This document shows, piece by piece, positions 22,727 through 34,367 of a stretch of 64,000 nucleotides of DNA. Under the pieces are notes generated by a model. The model was not told where the DNA came from. It worked only from the letters and a program-made list of their open reading frames with translations, and ran no database searches. A program made the position numbers and the translations under genes. How positions within the stretch are numbered: the stretch's first letter is position 1; each line of letters starts with the position of its first letter. The stretch comes from Azolla caroliniana (lineage: Eukaryota > Plantae > Polypodiophyta), in the NCBI GenBank assembly GCA_043228905.1, contig JBHGNT010000002.1, positions 15,686,001 to 15,750,000 of the forward strand, in the 5' to 3' direction.

Positions 22727-23159
22727 TGTTAACTCTTAGGGCCGGACAATGGCCTAACATAGGGTGTCTACGGAAGAGACTTCACCAAAGGGGTGTTACG
22801 GCAACAGGATTAGACTCAACGATTAGTCCGACTTAATTAGGTTACTTAGCATGATCGTCTTTAATAATCACACGCGTAAGATATAACAATGAATGCAGAA
22901 TGGCAATTAACACAGAGAGATAACAACACTAAGCTTTATTAATTAGCCACTATTCATTACATTGTATCTGGGCCTTTAAATAGGTTTCCGGTCTGTATTA
23001 CAAAATGGTGCCATCCGCACCTGTTCGGGATCGGTTCGGATCCGGAACGGCATACCGATTCCGGTCCGTCCGTCCACACTCATAACTTACTTACAACCAT
23101 TCCTACTAATTAAATAACTCCCCATTTCACACTCTGGACTCTTTTGCCGGCCGGTAACA
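22727..23159 (-). repeat. 5' LTR of C1
   Basis: TGTTA...TAACA; homologous to 33882-34313 and 55229-55660. Confidence 0.92.
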
Positions 23160-23724
23160 GACACGACCGGCTAGTCGGGCCGACCGGATAGTAGTGTTTC
23201 AAAGGTTACTGTTGCCATGGTGTGGGCTTCTGTGAGAAGCAGTGTCACTTTGTTGATCCGATGTAGATTTAAACTCCTGCATGGTGCGGATTTGTTTGGT
23301 GAGCATGGATTCTACTGTATACTCAGGGGAAGATGGGACGCGGTTGCTAAAGCGTGGTTTCCGCGTAGTGCGTTCTTCTATCTGTCGAGTGAAGGACCTG
23401 GTCTATGGTCGATCTAGTCGAGTTGGTTCAATGTTTCGTCGGCGGCTAGACATCCATTCCCTGCTGCTTGGCTACGAAGATTCATAGACCACTAGGCATG
23501 CCAAAAGTGTTACTGGTTAGGAACACGGCCTACCCTCAGTCCATCAGGGTAGGCTCAAGGAGATTGTGGTACATGGAATGGCCACTCGTACTCTGCGTAA
23601 TCACAATGTAGTCTAATGACAGAGTGTACTAACTGTTTGTGAGGTAAGACGTGAACTTGGAGACGGCTACAATAGAGCTCCTACCGTGCCTAAATGCACA
23701 ACGAAGCTTACTCACCTTAAACAA

Positions 23725-23988
23725 TGATGTCGGGTATTGACACAGAAATAACGACATGGGAAACTCTTAAAACTGAAATCAGAGAAGTCAGAAACTGTAT
23801 TAAACGACTATGCTCAAAACTGCGCCAGCTTGTACAATGTTCCTATGCCCTTTATATACACAGGGCATAGTGGGTTACGCTTCCTACATGATCCGTTCCA
23901 TGCGTTCTTTTAACGCTCCTACTATAATAATATGCTTCTTGTTCTTTTCTTTACTGTTTTCCCACTTGTCCGCTTCCGGCGGACAACA
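23725..23988 (-). repeat. Putative short LTR of another element (F); 23160-23724 may be its 5' internal region
   Basis: TG...CA termini with an imperfect inverted repeat and a TATATAAA on the minus strand; it abuts the truncated Copia gag. No partner LTR in the window. Confidence 0.4.
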
Positions 23989-25975
23989 AAGACCTTCTCA
24001 TAGTCAAAGACCTTCTCATACTCAAAGACCTATATGAGCCAATCGATAGAGCAGAAATACCCATAGGGGTATTAGAGTCGGAATGGAAACTTCTCAACAA
24101 AAAGATGGTGGCCACCATCTGACAGTGTGTCGATGTAAGTGTCCTTCAACAGGTGGTGAATGACACAAATGCCTATGAGATGTGGCAGAAACTGTCAGGC
24201 CTATATGAGAGGAAGAATTCCCTCAACAAAACATCTTTGATGAGAAAGATTGTGAGGCTGAAATACACGGATGGGGAAACCATAGTCGAACACGTAAGCA
24301 CATTCATGGGGTATGTGAACCAACTTGCGGCAACAAAGTTTCCCCTTGAAGATGCAATGCAGGCCATCCTGCTATTGTGTACCTTGTCAAACAGCTACGA
24401 GAATCTGGTGGTGACTCTTAGCACCTCGTGTCAAGAAAAGAACTTAGTAAAAACAAGCATCTTGAACTAGGAGAGTAGAAGGAAGGACAAGGGTGTCTTG
24501 GCTCAGTCGGAGTTAAACTTGACTCAACATACCGACAAAGGAAGCAACCGGCAAAGGAGTTCACCAAGGAGAGAAAAGTCCAATGCCAGATCCAAGTCAA
24601 GAGGTAAGGTAACATGCTTCTATTGTGGAAAACCTGGACACTTTCAAAAGGACTATCAATACCTCAAGAAGGACAAGAGTGTCGGCAATAATGTCGATCC
24701 TTGGAAGATTCCTGATAAAAAGGGCACATCGATCATAACTGCGAGTGTAGAGGAGATCTTGTTCATTTGTGAGCAGGCAAGCACAAATCTTGCAATCGAA
24801 GAGTGTACCTGGGTAATTGACTCGAGTGCATCAGTCCACATAACTCCATCGAGAGAGTGTTTTTCGACTTACATAGCCAAGGAACATGGCTATGTAAAGA
24901 TGGGAAGTTCCACATGTCCCTGATATCAGACTGAAACTGATATCGACTAGAAGATTGGACGACGAAGGTTACAGTGGTAGCTTCCAAAACGACATATGGA
25001 GGTTCTATTGTGGAAACCTCATAGTGGCCTGAGCATAGAAAGAGAGCACACTGTATATGATGCATGCCCGACTGTGCAAGTCGGAAGTGAATGTGGCAGC
25101 CAACTTGAGTGGAGAGTTATGGCACAAGAGACTTGGCCACATGAGTGAGAAGGAAATGCACATCCTGACCGACCAGGAACTTCTCCCAGAAGTGAATGGA
25201 GCACACTTGGAGATGTGTGTCGACTACTTAGCCAGAAAGCATAGCAGGGCAACATTCCACACAAGACCACCGAGAAGAGAAGCTGCACTGGAACTAGTAC
25301 ACACAGATGTGTGCTATGTGGATGTTCCATCACATCGAGCTGGACAATACTTCATAACGTTTATTGAAGAATATAGTCAGAAGACATGGGCCTTCGTATT
25401 GAAGTCAACGGACCAAGCACTGTCAATGTTCAAGGAGTTCTAGGTAAGAACTGAATGAGAGTTGAGTCGGAAGTTGACAGTTGTCCGAACTGGCAATGGT
25501 GGCGAATATAAAGGGCAGTTTGAGGAATACTACAAGGCCCAAGGTATTCGAATCTAATACACTATTCCAAAGACCCCGAAGTTGAACGGTCTGGCAGACA
25601 GGATGAATCGAACAATCATGGAGAGAGTAAAAAGTATGCTCTCTCATGCTAAATTGCCAAAATCGTATTGGGCTTCGACGATGTACACAACTGTTTATCT
25701 GATCAACAGGTCTATCTCAATACAACTAAAAGGTGATGTCCCATAGAGGGTGTGCACGAGTTGTGAAGATGACATCCATCTGAACTGTTCTGAGAATTAC
25801 TGTGAGCATGAATTTAGAGATCGAATCATTGGATGTCAAGATGACATTCTTGGATGGGGAGCTGGATGAAGAAATCTACACGCAGCAACCCAATGGCTTT
25901 GAGGAGAAAGGGAAAGAGAACCTGGTGTGTCGACTGGAGAAAAGCTTGTATGGGTTGAAACAAGCTTCATTTGAG
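23989..25975 (+). pseudogene. Degenerate Ty1/Copia (Tnt1-like) gag-PR-IN with an RT fragment (Copia 1)
   Basis: AYEMWQKLSGLYE, CFYCGKPGH, WVIDSSAS, LWHKRLGHMS, LELVHTDVC, LDVKMTFLDGEL...KSLYGLKQA; internal deletion near 25760. Confidence 0.9.
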
Positions 25976-25999
25976 CATGATGCATGTAATCTTCGAGAG

Positions 26000-27030
26000 A
26001 GGTAAATGGCTTGCTCGACAATGTGACCAAGTTTTGCGCTTGTTCAGTTTGAGAAGGTGGCTGCAAGAACTAAGAAGGAGAGCACTACGCATGGAGGATG
26101 GCTATGAAAATAGAATAAAGACAACAAAATGGATGTTTGCAAGGGAAAGGAGCTAGAGTCTGCGATCGATGATCTGATAAAGGGAATGTGGGAATTACAA
26201 CTCAAGTTCATAAAGCTTGAGAAAGGTGAAAGCTCGGTTGATTGACAAAAGCCCAATGAAGGGGAAAAGGGTGAATTCGTTCACCAATGCATCTGGTGCA
26301 ATAACACGGAGCACTAAAAAAGGGATTTTCAGAGCGATAAGGAAGCATTAGAAAGAAACGCTATCTTCTATCAAAATGGGAGAATCCACTCCTCAGAGAC
26401 CCAACAACCCCTAAAAACCAACTTCGGCAAAGGTGGGATGAAGAAAATGATGGAGGACGAAGAGTCGAAGAATGTTCAAGAAATGTACTTTTCGACTACC
26501 TCCAGATTGAAGGTCGATGATCCCTAGATTGGATAAGGATTCTGGGGAAAAGTGATAAAGTCCACTACTGACAAAAGAGTCCAACCACATGACTTACGAA
26601 TGCCTGATGACGAAATTAGGAATAATACTGGGTGGGATGACCCAGTAGATTCAGTCATAGAAATCGCAAAGATAGCAGGGGTGAATGCCCACAAGGTGAC
26701 AATCAAAGAAAAAAGAAGGAGAACTAAAGAAGTGGGACAAATCAAGAAAACCCAAGACTCGAGAGCAAAAGAGACCTTCAATGCGGCAATGCGTCGCCGA
26801 CATTCAAACTCGCCTCTGACATCAAAACATCCACTGACCTAAAGCATGTGCTCGAATCTAGGATTCTCGAGAGTAAAGTCGAGTTAACACTCTGAGAAGT
26901 ATTAGGAATTGCGAAGAAGGAACTACATGAACTGATCATCGATGTGATCCGTAGAAAAAGACAAGTGGTTGAAAAAACGGGTGGAGTAAATATTGTCATG
27001 ATATAGGAGAAATATGAAGATATGGGGACC
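26000..27030 (+). pseudogene. Relic G, part 1: gag of the Trp-primed Gypsy group
   Basis: CIWC..., RIHSSETQQPLKTNFGKGGMKK, FKLASDI...LGIAKKE, homologous to A/B/D gag. Confidence 0.85.
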
Positions 27031-27034
27031 ATAT

Positions 27035-30000
27035 TGTTAGCCGGGGTACGGAGTGCCGCGTGGAATAGACACTCAACCACAACCGAGTTGAACACTCAAT
27101 CGAAGATCTAAACAGAAATGGAGATTAATACACTTGCACAAACAACAGAGAGGACACAAGATGTTTATGTGGAAAACCCTAAACGGGAAAAACTATGGGA
27201 GCCCACACACTCCAAACAAGATCACTATAGATAAGGGATACAACACTATGAAACTCATAGGCAACGACCTCAAGCTCTAGCTTCGTCAACCGGTGGTTAC
27301 AACAGAAAATACTTTATGCATCTCTCCCTCCCTCCCTCCCTCTCTCTCTCTTTGTACAATAATAACAACACCAACCACACTAAAGTGATTGCCCTAAGTC
27401 ATATTTATACTTTATGACTTTAGGAATATTTACAAATATGGCCATGAGAGGCACATTAGAAACATATTTATAGATATGTCCCTGGATCCGGTTCCCACCA
27501 GGTGGATACCTTCCAAATCCATCGCATCAAGATCCCATTCGGAGGGACCGAATTTCCAACAAGCTCCCCCTTGACTCTGGCATGGGATTTCTTGTCAATC
27601 CGATTTGTCTCTTGCACATGTCCAACTTGTCGGCTGACAACACCTTGGTCAGTGATAGAGTGTATAAGATAATAGATAGTTATACACTATATGAGGGCTT
27701 GACCAAACCGATTAGATGGAGTTGAAAATCATAATATATTATATAGCTCTAGGTAATTATGATTAGAGAGTATAACTCAAGAAACTAAGAAAAAAGATAG
27801 ATAAAGCGAGCAAGAAATAAGAATGTTCTGATATTCCAACATCAAGAGAATACAAAGGAGACAAACTCCACATTGAACTAAAACCAAAGACCTTCCTCTT
27901 CTAAGACACTTCCTCTTCCACAAAGACACTTCTTCCTAACACTCCTCATCCACTCTTTGACCTTCACTCTTAGCCCCCCTCCTCACTAATATCACTTCTT
28001 CTTTTATAACCTTCCTCTTCTTATCCACGTTCATGCTATTTTTAGAAGCTTTTTATCTCCCTATTTTTAGCTATGACACATCGACCTTCTAATCGTCATA
28101 TCTCCCTCATCCGATATCCAAATTAAGCGATTTAAAAAGCTATAGAAAGCTCTTTTTACAAGATTTCTAATCCATATTTAAACGTGATATTTGGATAAAC
28201 AACGAGGGAGTTATGACCATTCTATTTTTACTGTTTTTTATAGTCTGCGTTTTCTCTTTTTACTTTTCTCTTGGTCTCGTACTTTTACTTTTGACTTCTT
28301 CCCTAAAGTCTTAGTTCGTGTTCTTATCCTCAAAAGGTGAATTATCTATACTTTATATTCTCCTAATGTTCAATGGCTTAGATTCTAAAAACACTTTCAC
28401 AGTCAGCATGTCCGACCCGTTCTCCTTCGTATGGATTATTGTCAACAAGAACTCTTTATCTTCTACCTTCTCTTGGAGCCAGTGGTATCTCCTCTGGATG
28501 TGCTTTGTCCGAGTCTGGTAGGCTACATTCTTCGCGAGGTGGATGACATTTTGACTGTCACAATAGAATCGGAATTCCTCCTGTCGGATCCCTAGCTCCC
28601 CAATGAAGTCCTTCATCCAGATTACCTCTTTGCTAGCTTCTACAACCGCCATGTACTCTGCTTCCATTGTCGATAGTGCAGTGGACTTCTTCGACCTCAA
28701 CTCCCACGATACGGCTCCCTCTGCATATGTCATTACATATTCACAAGTTGACCGGCTAGTATCCGCATCAACCGACATATCTGAATCCATGAATCCTTCA
28801 AGTTGGGTTTTTCAAGAGCCAAATCGGACGCACATACTCGAGGTGCCTTTCCAGTACCGTAGTATCCACTTGACCATGGTCCAGTGTTCTCTTCCCGGAT
28901 TGCTCATCAATCAGCTAACCACTTTGACAACATATCTGATATTCGGCCAGGTGCACACCATTGCGTACATCAAGTTTCTAACGGCAAAGGCATATGGCAT
29001 CTTCATCATCTCCGACTTCTTTGACTTTCTCTTCAGGCTTTGCTTCCCAGACAGCCTGCAGTTTGGCAGAAGTGTGGACCCGACCGGCTTCGCATCTGTC
29101 ATGTTGAACCATTGGAGCACCTTCGTCACGTGATGCTCCTGTGACAGCCATAATACCTTCGTCGTCCGGTCCCGGAGTATGTGCATCCCCATTATCTATC
29201 TTGTCGAACCCAAATTTTTCATTGAGAAGGTTCGATTCAAGGCTTTCTTGAGATTCCCGATTTTGATTCGGTCCAGTCCGACGATCAACATGTCATCCAT
29301 ATATAGTAGGAGTATCAGGAAGTCTCCTCTGTCGAAATTCTTCACAAATACACAGTGGTCAACTTGTGTCTTGTGGTATCCCTGGTCGATCATGAAGGAG
29401 TCGAACTTCCGGTACCATTGCTGGGGAGCTTGCTTCAGCCCGTACAAGTTCTTCTTCAACCGGCACACCAGATGCTCTTTCCCTTTCTTGACAAACCCCT
29501 CTGGCTATTCCATGTAGATCTCTTCTTCGAGGTCGCCATGTAGGAACGTCGTCTTGACGTCTAGTTGCTCCACCTCGAGGTCCATGGTTGCCGCTATGCT
29601 CAACACAGTCCAGATGGATGTCATCGTTACTACTGGGGCAAAGATCTCTTTGAAGTCCACTTCTTTCTTCTGCTGGAAGCCCTTCACCACAATGCGGGCC
29701 TTATACTTTGGTGGATTTCCAGAGTCTCCCGGTTTCAGCTTGTACACCCACTTGTTCTGGAGCGCTCTCTTTCCTTTCATCATCTCCGTCAATTCATATT
29801 TGTGGTTCTCATGCAGGGAATCCATCTCGTCCTGCATGGCAGTTAACTACTTGCGGTTGTGGGTGTCTTTCTTCGCTTTCTCGAAGCTTTCTAGCTCTCC
29901 CTCTTCAGTCAGCAACACATGCTTTGCATCCGGAATCTCTGAGGGGCTCTTCTCTCCCTGAGAGGATATCTTCTTCCTTGGTCTTCGGCCATTGGTTCCT

Positions 30001-30049
30001 CCGTTTGTTCGTCATTCGAATCCCATCTAGAGGGACCGAATTCCCAACA
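27035..30049 (-). mobile_element. Internally deleted Ty1/Copia element (Copia 2) inserted in relic G
   Basis: 3' LTR 27035-27561, PPT 27562-27573, RT/RNase H fragments 28402-29990 (KWVYKLK, LLLYMDDML, STMEAEY, KHIQRRYHW), and a ~30-bp 5' LTR remnant ending at 30049. TSD not preserved. Confidence 0.85.
27653..28401. repeat. Solo LTR inserted in the RNase H end of Copia 2
   Basis: TG...CA termini; 5-bp TSD GTCAG at 27648-27652 and 28402-28406; the host reading DML|TKVL rejoins across it. Confidence 0.85.
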
Positions 30050-30660
30050 AGTGTTGACATATCGTGTAGTCGTGAAGAGGAAAGAAGCCATTACACCCGC
30101 ACACACTGGGCTCGGGCGACAACCGAGGCTCCGGTTAGAATTGGAGATCAGGTGGAACCGTGGATGGCGCTCATCGACCACGGTTCCTAGATAAATATTA
30201 TATCATCTGATTTCTACAATCGCTGGAGATGGCCAATAGGGAGAAACCACAAGTGGAAGGTCAAAGGAGCGTCCGAGGTTGTGGAGGATTTATGTGGCAC
30301 ATGCGCCAATATTAAAGTCAAAATTGGGGACGTGTCAATAGATCAGAACTTCTTCGTCCAGGAGAAGTCCTTTTATCCAGTAATCCTAGGGAAACCATGC
30401 ATTACAACAGTACGAATGGAGACTAAAGTGATTGATAACGAAGCTGCATTTGCCAGGATTTGAAGCCAGGATGGGAAGAGGTCGGTATAGTTCCGTACTG
30501 TTCGACCAAATCATGAAAGGAATAAGGAGCATCGACGGGGTCATCCACTACGAGATGTGGGGGATTTCGTACAGGATTTCTAGAGCAGGCCCTTACAAAA
30601 AGGGGTTGTGATGGGATGGAGAACTTTTTCGATGTGGATCAAAATGAAGTGGTGTGAACT
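30050..30660 (+). pseudogene. Relic G, part 2: protease and decayed frameshift site
   Basis: HYTRTHWARATTEAPV..ALIDHGS, VRPNHERN; ends G GAT TTC TAG at 30574-30583. Confidence 0.85.
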
Positions 30661-30670
30661 CGCCCACATG

Positions 30671-31530
30671 TGTCGTGAAGTTGTTGCTTCACGATGTCAA
30701 AACAATTTCAAAACAATATATAGAAAATGTGGGTGTCGTGAAGTTGTTGCTTCACGATGTCAAAACAATTTCAAAAATCTATAGAAGTACATTTCCCGTC
30801 TAGATCTTACGACGAAGAGCATGTAGGAATTTTTGGTTCAAGAATCGGAGTTCAGATGCCCAAGATACAACCTTTAGAAGGATTAATGCAACTCGGGACA
30901 TAAATGTAGTTATGTCAAAAGGGGGAGTCGAAATTAAATAAGGTCATTTTTGTAATTTCTCAAATGTACAACTACAAAATCAAATTTGTAGAATTTATAA
31001 ATAAAATAAATAGATAAAATAAAAACCAAATATAAAATAAATTGCCGGCATGAGGCGGTTTGTCAATTGCCTCAAGGTGGCTGGGCGGTTGACCCCCCCT
31101 ATAAAAGTCACTCCCATCGTGGCTGAATAGGGGGGAAGGGTAAAAGTGAGTGAAGAAGCTTGCATGGGTGTGGGATGTAGAGCTCTTCGAGGAAGATGGT
31201 GGCCTGCATAAATCAAGACAAAAGTCGAATCTAAAGAAAACATATATAAGAAAAGGAAGAAGTTGAAGTGGCGTATCTCAAACTCCTCTTTGCCAACAAT
31301 AGGTTGTGAGTTTGAATCCTCTCAAAACAACTTCTTTTGGTAAACAAATTTTGTAAGATAAATTTGGTATATAAACAGAATTAAATTAATAGAGAAAACA
31401 AAGAGGTTGAAGTGGTCTATCTCAAACGCTTCTTCCCAAATAGAGGTTATGAGTTTGAGTCTTGACCAAGTACCTTTTGGCAAATAAATATTGTAAGTGG
31501 TGTTTTACAAATAAAATTCTCTTCGTGACA
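30671..31530 (+). repeat. Putative solo or partial LTR with a duplicated 5' end and tRNA-like subrepeats
   Basis: Starts TGTCGTGAAG like the D LTR (63-bp duplication) and ends CTTCGTGACA; TATAAAA near 31100; no TSD found. Confidence 0.45.
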
Positions 31531-31952
31531 ACGTTGCATCTATCTTGGCTTCTTGGCTTCTTGTCATTGCACCATCCACACGATCACCCCTGAGTCACAG
31601 AACTCTAACGGTTGCGACACACAACCACAATCATTACCACAACGGAATGCTAGTATTGTGGCCAGGAAGGCCATAGAGAAAGCGAGTGCTAGCAGAAGGC
31701 CAATTCAGATAAATCCGGATGAGGTAGAGCCAAACAGGGAAATCAACAGTGATCGCACTTCATAAAAGGCTCGAACCAAGCTGGAACGGGCCTAGCCTTT
31801 GTGATGAAGCACAAGGAAAATTCGATGAAGATGAGCACCTCGAAGCCGAAAGAGGTGTGGTATGTCTATTCTGGAGCATCGAATCACATGATGAGCCACG
31901 AGGAGTGCTTCTCATATTTGGAGAAGCCGGAACAACCGGGGGTCACCGAAAG
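31531..31952 (+). pseudogene. gag end/protease fragment of Copia 3, interrupted by E
   Basis: WYVYSGASNHM (decayed DSGA); it continues at about 58585. Confidence 0.7.
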
Positions 31953-33394
31953 TGTTTACTCTAGGCTGGAGTTAGCCTCAAACATAGGGTGTCCGTTGTG
32001 GAACACTTCACAAAAGGGGTGGTTCAGGGATGGATGTTATCCAGCTATCCGATTCCGATCCGACTAATTCCAGTTACATTCCGGATTGTTAAGATACAAC
32101 AGATTAGTTATAGCATGTGTAAGATTAACAATTGAAGCGTAGAACGACTAGTACACAGACACACAATAGAATTAAAACCGAATACTAATCTCATATTACT
32201 TCAAACATTTACATCGATTCCGGATCCTTTTATAGGCATCCAGTAGGAAATACAAAATTGTGCCTTACCGGCTACCGGCTATCAATCGGTGCGGATATGA
32301 ATCGGTACAACTTTTCGGATCCGTTCATTCCTATAATATTTCCTAACTAATAATTATGCTTCTAATTATAATATTATTCTCCGACTCCTCCTTGAACCCA
32401 TTAACCCCTCCGGTTCATACTCTAGGCCAACACATGCAATGCTCGTGGGACAGTGCATTGCACGTTGAACCCACCGGTTAGCTCCATCAATCTTCGTCGA
32501 GTATGTCCAATATACTTTGATCCAAGGGTGTGTTGCCAAACAATCGTCTATGTTTATTTTCATTCGGTTCCTCTATGTTGCGGTAGTAATTTGAATTCTT
32601 TTGATGCCCAGTTTCATCTTCTCTTCTATGGCCTCTTTTTCGTTCTTGAGGTGCTTAATGAGGCTTGTCGCAATGGTCACTTGCACTTCATACTAGGTTG
32701 TTTGTACCCTAACCAAAACTGTCTTTGCCCATTCTAACTCCTGATAGTGCTGGGACATGAGCTCCATGCGTTCTTTTGACACCTCCTCAAGAATTTTTGC
32801 CATTGTCTCTGCCAGCTCCTTCAGCTCCTTCGTCTTTCCTTTCAACTCCATCCGAGCCTCCTTAATCTTTTCTTGTTGTCGGTCATAATCTGACCCCAGC
32901 TTCTTATGTTCTGCCTCCAATTGCTTATGGTCCCAGTACAACTTCTGGAAGTCAGTTTTCTGTTTTAGGCTTTGGTTGACCTGTGACCACAACCGATCCG
33001 TCTGCCGCCAGATTTCTTCCTTTAGCCTTTTGATTTTTGTCTCCTCCATTCTCTACACCTTATCCTTACGAATGTCGTCTTTTCTTGGTCATCTAGATGC
33101 ATCTATATGTGATTATAACCATTAAATCCATCTAGGAAGCTGTAAACTTCATGTCTGACCAACGCGTGCAATACATCATCCGTAAATGGTTAAGATTCCT
33201 ATAGTCGACACAGACCCGGATTTTTCCGTTCTTCTTTAGTACTACAACTATCAGACTTAACCACATGGCCTGCTTCATTGGCCGGATAAAAACCGCTCTG
33301 AGTAGTTTGTCATTTTATCATTTTGCTTCTTTTACCTTCAGCGCATAGTTCGGGTTCATCCGGTAACGTCTTTGTGCTACCAATTTCGTGTCCT

Positions 33395-33520
33395 TCCAAC
33401 CCCCGCATATCCAACTTTGGGTGGATTTGATGCTAGTACAACTTTGGGTCCAACCCCCGCATATCCAACTTTGGGTGGATTTGATGCTAGTACAACTTTG
33501 GGTCCAACCCCCGCATATCC
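33395..33520. repeat. 54-bp tandem duplication (about 2.3 copies) in the E RT relic
   Basis: Repeated CCAACCCCCGCATATCCAACTTTGGGTGGATTTGATGCTAGTACAACTTTGGGT. Confidence 0.9.
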
Positions 33521-34367
33521 TCATAGCACACGTAAAAACATCCCTGAATTCTTTCAATAGTTCGATCATTGCCGTTTTTTCCGCGATTGCCATTTCCTTG
33601 GCCACATTTACCGATCTGGGTGCCTCTTCTAACGCGTTGGGATACGACCATCTCTCGTTCCAAAGCTTCCTGAGCCTGAGGAAGCTCCCGGATCGCCTTC
33701 CGATCCGGTTCATTGAATTCGTCCTCCCGGTGCGTAACATATGGCGTGACGGCTTCGGCTACGTCCACCACGAAAAGTGGCATTATCTTGGGGTGTTCTT
33801 CTAAGTAATGATCTACCTCCTCATCCACCAATCCGTCCAACATATTAATACTTTCCGCATACAGGGTCATTGGCTACTTACTGTTAACTCTTCGGGCCGG
33901 ACAATGGCTTAACATAGGGTGTCTACGTGAGACACTTCACCAAAGGGTGTTACGGCAACCGGATTAGACTTCAACGCTTAATCCGACTTAGTTAAGTTAC
34001 TTATTAGGATCGTCTTCATAGCACGCGTAAGATATACAATTAAGACAGAACGGCAATTGACACAGAGATATAACAACGCTTAAGCTTTCATTAATTAACC
34101 GCTAACTATTACATTGTATCCGGGCCTTTAAATAGGTTTCCAGTCTGTATTACAAAACGGTGCCATCCGCACCTGTTCGGGATCGGTCCGGATCCGGTAC
34201 GGCATACCGATTCCGGTCCGTCCATCCACACTCATAGCTTAATTACAACCACATTCCTACTACTTAATTAGCTCTCCGTTTCCCACTCTGGACTCCTTTG
34301 CCGGCCGGTAACACATGGCACGCCTGTGGGACAGTACCTTGTACGTCGAATCCACAACCGACCCTTG

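Larger units (their letters stand above)
1..23159 (-). mobile_element. Ty3/Gypsy LTR retrotransposon C1 (Athila/Tat-like, non-chromovirus), degenerate; 3' end lies outside the window; hosts elements A and B
   Basis: 5' LTR 22727-23159, PBS TGGCGACCAC, gag with CCHC knuckles, PR (VIDGGSGVN), RT (VFLDDF), partial RNase H, IN (GGHY..CDLC, WGLDIVGPF, WTGPY), then an extra ORF. Host sequence is contiguous across the A and B insertions. Confidence 0.9.
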
